Virus record (IMG/VR): IMGVR_UViG_3300029485_000297
From: a virus
Lineage: Duplodnaviria; Heunggongvirae; Uroviricota; Caudoviricetes
Length of the DNA stretch: 12,361 nucleotides
Strand: one strand, 5' to 3'
Positions 6,747 to 12,361 of this stretch are shown in pieces (position 1 is the stretch's first letter; every line of letters starts with the position of its first letter). The notes under the pieces are model-generated. The model ran no database searches and had not been told where the DNA came from. It worked only from the letters and a program-made list of their open reading frames with translations. Position numbers and translations under genes: made by a program.

Positions 6747-7772
6747 TTGGATGTAAGAGAGCTAAAGAATTACATATATGAAAATAACTATTCTGAACAG
6801 ATATTAGAATCCGTTGGTTGCCACCATATCAAATATCATTCAGTTGGAGCATATTGGACAGCAGGTAATCCAGATGGAGATAACAAAGGAGCAATTATTT
6901 TATATAATAACGAATCACTTATTTGTCTCAATAAAACTCGTCAAATGATAAAAGGTAGTAGACAGACAGATATTATTGACCTCGTTTGTTATATAAAAAA
7001 TCTTACATTTCCAGAAGGATTAAGGGAAATATGTTCAGAAATAGGAATGTCTTATTATCATGATTTTGAAGAGGATATTCCTGATAGTTTTAAGATACTG
7101 AAAATGTTAGAAGATATGGATTCTAATATATCAGAAGAAAAAGAAAAACCATTACAACCTATTTCAGAAAAAATTCTTTCGTATTACAAGCCATATGTCA
7201 ACGATTTATTCTATGAGGATCACATTGATTATGAAACACAGAGAGAATTTGAAATAGGATTTGATGAAGAAACCAACCGATACACAATTCCTATTCGAGC
7301 AGAATTAGGAGATTTAGTTGGTGTTAAAGCAAGATATTTTGACAGAAAAGTACCTGATGGAATGAACAAATATATTTATTTAGAGCCATGTGCAAAGTCG
7401 AAGATTCTATATGGGTTATATAAGACTCTTCCATATATAAAAAGAACAGGACGTATTTATGTAGGTGAGGCAGAGAAATTTGTACAACAGGCATGGAGTT
7501 ACGGTTATCAAAATACTGGTGGAACAGGTGGAAAAGAATTGTCCCAATATCAGATTGATATGTTGGTACGACTTGGGGTAGATATTATTTTTTGCTTTGA
7601 TAAAGATGTAACCAAAGAAGAATTAGAAACATTGGCTGAAAGATTCCCAGATGGTGTTCCTCTTTATTACATGTTTGATGAAGATAATATTCTTCAAGAA
7701 AAAGAATCCCCTACGGATAATCCTACAAATTGGAAGCATTTGGTAGAGAATAGTATATATAGATTAAGATAG
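6747..7772 (+). CDS. DnaG-like TOPRIM primase
   Basis: RYTIPIR..LGDLVG.K.R, NKYIYL, LYGL, TOPRIM IYVGEAEK and FCFDKD (DxD). Follows the helicase. Start revised from 6732 to TTG 6747, after GGAGGGTGG. Confidence 0.85.
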   Translation: MDVRELKNYIYENNYSEQILESVGCHHIKYHSVGAYWTAGNPDGDNKGAIILYNNESLICLNKTRQMIKGSRQTDIIDLVCYIKNLTFPEGLREICSEIGMSYYHDFEEDIPDSFKILKMLEDMDSNISEEKEKPLQPISEKILSYYKPYVNDLFYEDHIDYETQREFEIGFDEETNRYTIPIRAELGDLVGVKARYFDRKVPDGMNKYIYLEPCAKSKILYGLYKTLPYIKRTGRIYVGEAEKFVQQAWSYGYQNTGGTGGKELSQYQIDMLVRLGVDIIFCFDKDVTKEELETLAERFPDGVPLYYMFDEDNILQEKESPTDNPTNWKHLVENSIYRLR

Positions 7773-7784
7773 GAAGGTGTGTAT

Positions 7785-9554
7785 TTGAAGTATAAATTAT
7801 ATGATAATAGTGACAATAATACTTCCAATGTAATAAAGGAAGTTTTAAAAAATAGAGGAATTGAAGACTACAATAAATATCTAAATTTAGATGATAGTGT
7901 TGTAATTCCATATGATAAATTAAATAACATAAATAGTGCAGTTGAATTATTTATGAATCATTTCAATAAAAAAAATAAGATTGAGATATTGGTTGACGAA
8001 GATCCAGACGGATTTTGTTCAGCAGCTATGATGTATTTATATATTAAACAAATGGACAATAAATATCCAGTTAATTACATATTACATACAAGAGCAAAAT
8101 CACATGGATTAGATGATGATGTTACAGTATCAGAAGATACAAAGTTACTGATTATTCCTGATGCTGGAACAAATGATACATTACAGTGCAAGGAACTTGT
8201 TGGTCGTGGAATTGACATTTTAATTCTTGATCACCATGAGTCAGAAGAAGATAATCCACATGCTTTAATTGTTAATAATCAGATGAGTGTAGATTATCTT
8301 AATAAGGATTTTTGTGGTGCAGGTATCGTATATAAGTTTTTACAAGCATTAGACACAGAGACTTGGAATGAATTTGCCGATGATTATTTAGACTTATGTG
8401 CGTTAGCAAATATCAGTGATGTAATGGATATGAGGTCGTTTGAAACAAGATACATTACAAATATTGGATTACTGAACATTAAGAATAAATGTTTGCAAGC
8501 ACTTATTAAAGCTCAGGATTATAGTATGAATGGCAAAGTTAATATTCATAATATACAGTGGTACATAACACCAGTTTTAAATGGAATGATTCGTATTGGT
8601 TCAAATGACGAAAAAGAATTATTATTTAGAGCATTTATTGAACAGGACGAATACTTTGAATATAAAAAGAGAGCGACCAAAGATAAACCAGCAGAAACTA
8701 TTCAAGAAAGTATTTATGATAGAGCTGCAAGACTATGTAAAAATGCAAAGTCTCGTCAAGATAAGATGAAAGAAAAAGGCGTTAAAGCCATTTCAGAAAT
8801 CGTAGATGAACTTCCAAACGATGATAAAGTTATTATGGTCGATGTTACAGAAGTTCTTGATAGTGGACTAACTGGTGTTGTAGCAATTAAAATAGCTGAA
8901 CAGTACAATAAGCCATGTATTTTACTAAAGCAGCATTATGATAAGAAAAAAAAGAAGTCTGTGTTCGGTGGTAGTGCAAGAAATATTGATTATAGTCCGA
9001 TTGATAGTTTCAAAGACATTATTAATTCGACAGGAATTATAAATGGTAAAGGTCATGCAAATGCATTTGGTATTGTTGATTTACCTATAGATGACAAGAA
9101 AAAAGCAATTGACGAAATAAATACTATTCTCAAAGATACAGAATATGATTCAACATATCGTGTAGATTTTATCTTAGACATAAATCATGTCACAATCCCA
9201 TTGATTTTAAAATTATCTGAATTTGAAGATATTATATGCCAAGGAATTGATGAACCAATGGTTGCAATAGAGAATATATCATTGACAAGAGATTGTTTTG
9301 AAGTATTTGGAAAAAATGAGGATACTATCAGCTTTGTAATAGATGATATTAAGTATATTCAATTTAAGTGCAAAGAAGGCAATCAGTTATATGATTTTAT
9401 ACAAGATGCATGGAGTGATAAAGATAGTATTACATTTACTATTGTTGGTAAACCTTCAATAAATGAGTACAACGGCATTAGAACACCACAGGTTATTATT
9501 GAAGATGTCGCTGTTATTAGTGTAAGTAGTAACGATGAAGATGATGATTGGTAG
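7785..9554 (+). CDS. recJ: RecJ-like ssDNA exonuclease (DHH/DHHA1)
   Basis: Motifs DEDPDG, IPDAG, ILDHH, CGAG, ISDVMD, GSAR and GHANAFG. Probable start is TTG 7785 (MKYKL) after AGGAAGGTG; the alternative is GTG 7779. Confidence 0.92.
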   Translation: MKYKLYDNSDNNTSNVIKEVLKNRGIEDYNKYLNLDDSVVIPYDKLNNINSAVELFMNHFNKKNKIEILVDEDPDGFCSAAMMYLYIKQMDNKYPVNYILHTRAKSHGLDDDVTVSEDTKLLIIPDAGTNDTLQCKELVGRGIDILILDHHESEEDNPHALIVNNQMSVDYLNKDFCGAGIVYKFLQALDTETWNEFADDYLDLCALANISDVMDMRSFETRYITNIGLLNIKNKCLQALIKAQDYSMNGKVNIHNIQWYITPVLNGMIRIGSNDEKELLFRAFIEQDEYFEYKKRATKDKPAETIQESIYDRAARLCKNAKSRQDKMKEKGVKAISEIVDELPNDDKVIMVDVTEVLDSGLTGVVAIKIAEQYNKPCILLKQHYDKKKKKSVFGGSARNIDYSPIDSFKDIINSTGIINGKGHANAFGIVDLPIDDKKKAIDEINTILKDTEYDSTYRVDFILDINHVTIPLILKLSEFEDIICQGIDEPMVAIENISLTRDCFEVFGKNEDTISFVIDDIKYIQFKCKEGNQLYDFIQDAWSDKDSITFTIVGKPSINEYNGIRTPQVIIEDVAVISVSSNDEDDDW

Positions 9555-9564
9555 GAGGTGAGTT

Positions 9565-12361
9565 ATGTATAGTTCATTACATAACCATACATATTATTCA
9601 TTGCTCGATGGATATGGAAGTCCAAAGGAAATGTTGGATAGAGCAAAAGAAATAGGACTAAAAGCATTTGCCGTAACAGAGCATGGTAATGTATATAGCC
9701 ACATCTATTTTGACTTAATTAAGAAAGATTATCCAGATATCAAAATGATATATGGCTGTGAGTTATATGAGTGTGAAGATATAGAAATCAAGGATAAGGA
9801 CAACAAATATTTCCATTTAATTTGCTTAATTAGAAATGAACAGGGTAGAAAAGATTTAAACAAGGTTATTACAAAAAGCAACTTTGAAGGATTCTATTTT
9901 AAGCCAAGATGTACAATCGAAGACTTAAAACCATACGCTGAGAATTTTGTTATATCATCTGCGTGTTTAGCAAGTAAATTAGCAAGAGAATCAGATTTTG
10001 AGAAATGTGTTGAATACATCAATGAATATAAAGAAGCTTTTCCATATTTCTTTCTTGAGATGCAGTCTCATTCACATCAAGACCAATGTTTATATAATCA
10101 GAAAATCTTAGAACTTTCTCAGAGAACAAACACTCCATTTATTATTACAACTGATAGCCATGCTCCTAAAAAGGAAGATTTGTACTACCAGGATAAACTT
10201 ATTCAGATTGGTAGAAAAAGCAGTAATAATGATAAAAATGCCATTGAAAATACTGAGGTATATGAAGGATGTTATATGCAATCTGAAGAAGAGATTCATG
10301 AGTGTATGGACAATCAGATTGGATATGAAAATGTATGTATTGGTTTAGAGAATACTAATAAGGTGGCAGATTTAATTGGCGAAGTTAATATGCCATTTCA
10401 AAAACCGCAGTTACCTACTTTCCCATTACCAGAGGGGTATAAGAATAATAATGAATTCTTATGGCACTTAGTAAACCAAGGATGGAAAGATAGAGGGTAT
10501 GACAAGCTAAGTGAAGCTGATCAAAAGGTACGAAAAGAACGTCTTGATTATGAAATGGGTATTATTCATTCAATGGGATTTGATGGATATTTCTTATTTG
10601 TATGGGACTTTATAAAAGCAGCAGAAAAGCTTGGAATTGAAGTCGGTAAAGGAAGAGGTAGTGCAGCAGGTTCATTGGTTTGTTATTGTTGCCATATTAC
10701 AGATATTGATCCGATTAAATATGGACTTATCTTTGAGCGATTCTTAAATCCTGAACGAGTTGGACTTCCTGATATTGATACTGATGTAGGAAATCGAGAT
10801 GCAATTATTGACTATCTTGTTGACAAATATGGAGAAGATAGAGTATGTCAGATTATCAATTATTCATATATTACACCAACAGTAGCAATTACTGATGTTG
10901 GTAAGATACTTGGTTTCCCATATAACCAAATGCAAAAACTTTCTCAGAAATTTACATTTGATAAGTGGGATGATTGTATGAAAGCAAATCCTAACTTGCT
11001 CGCAGATAATCCACAATATGCTGAATTATTTGATATTGCAAAGCATCTTAGTGGTCGTGTTAAGACGGTATCTATTCATGCAGGTGGTGTAGGAATTGTT
11101 GATACAACAATTAATGATTATATGCCAATGAAGATAGGAACTAAGGGTGAGCATGTAATTCAGGTTGATAAGCATTATGTAGAAGATATTGGAATAGTTA
11201 AATTTGACTTACTTGGTGTAGCAACTCTCAATCTTGTAAAAGAGATTAAGGATGATTTACATTTAGATCCTTGGGATTATGACATTAATAATCCTGAGTT
11301 TGAAAATGATAGACCTACATATGAATTGTTAGCAAGTGGCAAAACTAATGGAGTATTCCAGGTTGAATCTGCTGGTATGAAAGACTTACTTATCAGATTA
11401 AAACCAAAACTTGAGCAGTTAGATTTTGAGGTTATATCCGTTATTTTGGCATTGTATAGACCTGATAGTATGGGAGCACTTGACGAGTATGTTGAAATGG
11501 CAACAGGTGGAAGTAGACCTCCGTCAATTCATCCTGACATGGACGAGATACTAAAGGATACAAATTATTGTATGATTTATCAGGAACAGCTTCTTGATAT
11601 TGTTAAGAAATTCGGTGGGAGAACTTATGGAGGTGCCGATTTATTCCGTAAGGCGATTGGCAAAAAGATTGTAGAACTTGTACAAAAAGAGTCAGAAATC
11701 CTTCGTAGTGAAATAGTTGCAAATGGTTATCCGAAAGAGATCGCAGATAAAATTGCAGATGAATTATCTCAGAAGGGCGGCTATTTGTTTAACAAGTCGC
11801 ATTCTTATAGTTACGCAGTTCTTTGTTTCGAGACAGCTTGGTTCAAAGCACATTATCCAACATATTTTTTCAAAGCTTTATTTAATCAGAATAAGGATAA
11901 AGCAGGTGCGATTAATAAATACATTCTTGACGCAAGATATTTTGATGTAAATGTTATGCCACCTAATATCAATCATTCGGGTATGAATTTTACAGTTGAT
12001 AACAATAAGGTTTTATTTGGATTGTCTGCCATTGGTGGAATAGGAGAATCACTTTCTAAACAGATAATTGAAGAAAGAGAGAATAATGGTATATACAAGT
12101 CATTTGATGATTTGATTACGAGACTTTCTTTAGGTAAGGCATCTGTTATTGCATTAATTAAATCTGGTGCAATTCCTTGTAAAAACAAGCGTGAAAAACT
12201 TGTGTCATATCTTAAATCACAGTATCAACCATTAATATTCACAGAAGTTCAGTCATTGCCTACCTATAAGAAACTCGAAGAAGATTGGAATATTGACCTT
12301 AAAAAATATATTGTTCCTTCTTCTGGGAAAAGAATTGTTTATGACAAAGAGGCATTACTTA
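9565..12361 (+). CDS. dnaE: DNA polymerase III alpha subunit (family C, DnaE-type), 3'-truncated by the window edge
   Basis: ATG 9565 follows AGGAGGTG and is open for 932 codons to the edge. PHP motifs LHNHTYYSLLDG, TEHG, GCE and TTDSH. Also GRGSAAGSLV, FERFLNPER, PDIDTD (10768-10785), HAGG, KFDLLG (11200-11217), GVFQVES, YQEQ, FNKSH and HhH GLSAIGGIG. Confidence 0.97.
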   Translation, partial: MYSSLHNHTYYSLLDGYGSPKEMLDRAKEIGLKAFAVTEHGNVYSHIYFDLIKKDYPDIKMIYGCELYECEDIEIKDKDNKYFHLICLIRNEQGRKDLNKVITKSNFEGFYFKPRCTIEDLKPYAENFVISSACLASKLARESDFEKCVEYINEYKEAFPYFFLEMQSHSHQDQCLYNQKILELSQRTNTPFIITTDSHAPKKEDLYYQDKLIQIGRKSSNNDKNAIENTEVYEGCYMQSEEEIHECMDNQIGYENVCIGLENTNKVADLIGEVNMPFQKPQLPTFPLPEGYKNNNEFLWHLVNQGWKDRGYDKLSEADQKVRKERLDYEMGIIHSMGFDGYFLFVWDFIKAAEKLGIEVGKGRGSAAGSLVCYCCHITDIDPIKYGLIFERFLNPERVGLPDIDTDVGNRDAIIDYLVDKYGEDRVCQIINYSYITPTVAITDVGKILGFPYNQMQKLSQKFTFDKWDDCMKANPNLLADNPQYAELFDIAKHLSGRVKTVSIHAGGVGIVDTTINDYMPMKIGTKGEHVIQVDKHYVEDIGIVKFDLLGVATLNLVKEIKDDLHLDPWDYDINNPEFENDRPTYELLASGKTNGVFQVESAGMKDLLIRLKPKLEQLDFEVISVILALYRPDSMGALDEYVEMATGGSRPPSIHPDMDEILKDTNYCMIYQEQLLDIVKKFGGRTYGGADLFRKAIGKKIVELVQKESEILRSEIVANGYPKEIADKIADELSQKGGYLFNKSHSYSYAVLCFETAWFKAHYPTYFFKALFNQNKDKAGAINKYILDARYFDVNVMPPNINHSGMNFTVDNNKVLFGLSAIGGIGESLSKQIIEERENNGIYKSFDDLITRLSLGKASVIALIKSGAIPCKNKREKLVSYLKSQYQPLIFTEVQSLPTYKKLEEDWNIDLKKYIVPSSGKRIVYDKEALL

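Larger units (their letters stand above)
1..12361 (+). mobile_element. Phage/prophage segment: accessory small-gene cluster plus SPbeta-like (yorF-yorL-type) DNA replication module
   Basis: All credible genes are co-directional. Small hypothetical ORFs are followed by SSB-like, AAA ATPase, Zn-finger protein, DnaB-like helicase, TOPRIM primase, RecJ-like and DnaE genes. This order is not seen in bacterial chromosomes but matches the SPbeta replication block. No att site or structural genes lie in the window. Confidence 0.88.

Noticed and set aside
7723..7911. Minus-strand 62-aa ORF
   Set aside because: Antisense to the primase/RecJ junction with low-complexity Tyr/His/Leu composition and no support.
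8946..8953. A8 homopolymer in recJ as a possible slippage or phase-variation site
   Set aside because: The frame is intact (poly-Lys) and such runs are expected in AT-rich DNA.
11416..11427. QLDF in DnaE as a beta-clamp-binding motif
   Set aside because: It lies in the fingers region, not where DnaE clamp motifs occur. QPLIF at 12226-12240 is better placed but a poor match, so neither is supportable.
10108..12188. Four short ORFs (10108..10299 -, 10160..10348 +, 11717..11950 +, 11973..12188 -)
   Set aside because: All lie inside the continuous dnaE frame, which the track missed because it has no stop codon in the window.
5178..12361. Intein or intron in the helicase or dnaE (common insertion targets)
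   Set aside because: Frames are continuous, motif spacing leaves no room for a large insertion, and no intein splice or homing-endonuclease motifs were seen.
1..12361. CRISPR array, tRNA, rRNA, iteron-type origin or intrinsic terminators
   Set aside because: No regularly spaced repeats, cloverleaf or hairpin with a clear U-tract was found by eye.

Overview
All credible genes lie on the + strand of an AT-rich phage or prophage segment. The strong AGGAGG-type RBSs and gene content point to a Firmicutes host, probably Clostridia (inference). Positions 1-1899 hold small accessory genes: hypotheticals, a DUF3307-like membrane protein, a small Zn-finger protein and a DUF1653-like protein. Positions 2123-12361 hold a replication module in the order of the Bacillus phage SPbeta yorF-yorL block: tandem-OB SSB-like protein, AAA/Sak4-like ATPase, Zn-finger protein, DnaB-like helicase, TOPRIM primase, RecJ-like DHH exonuclease and a DnaE polymerase. 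The DnaE starts at 9565, runs off the window edge and is missing from the ORF track. The most interesting signals are non-coding: (i) a compact multi-helix pseudoknotted RNA in the SSB leader (1956-2076), followed by an AU-rich tract, reminiscent of T4 gene 32 autoregulation; (ii) a 16-bp perfect inverted repeat (245-294) that reads as tandem NrdR boxes 32 bp apart; (iii) a recurring AGAGAATA element at gene junctions, a candidate phage-specific promoter; (iv) a repeated GAAA-N6-TTTCTT operator-like cassette just before two RBSs. Family assignments come from motif recognition by eye; no searches were run.
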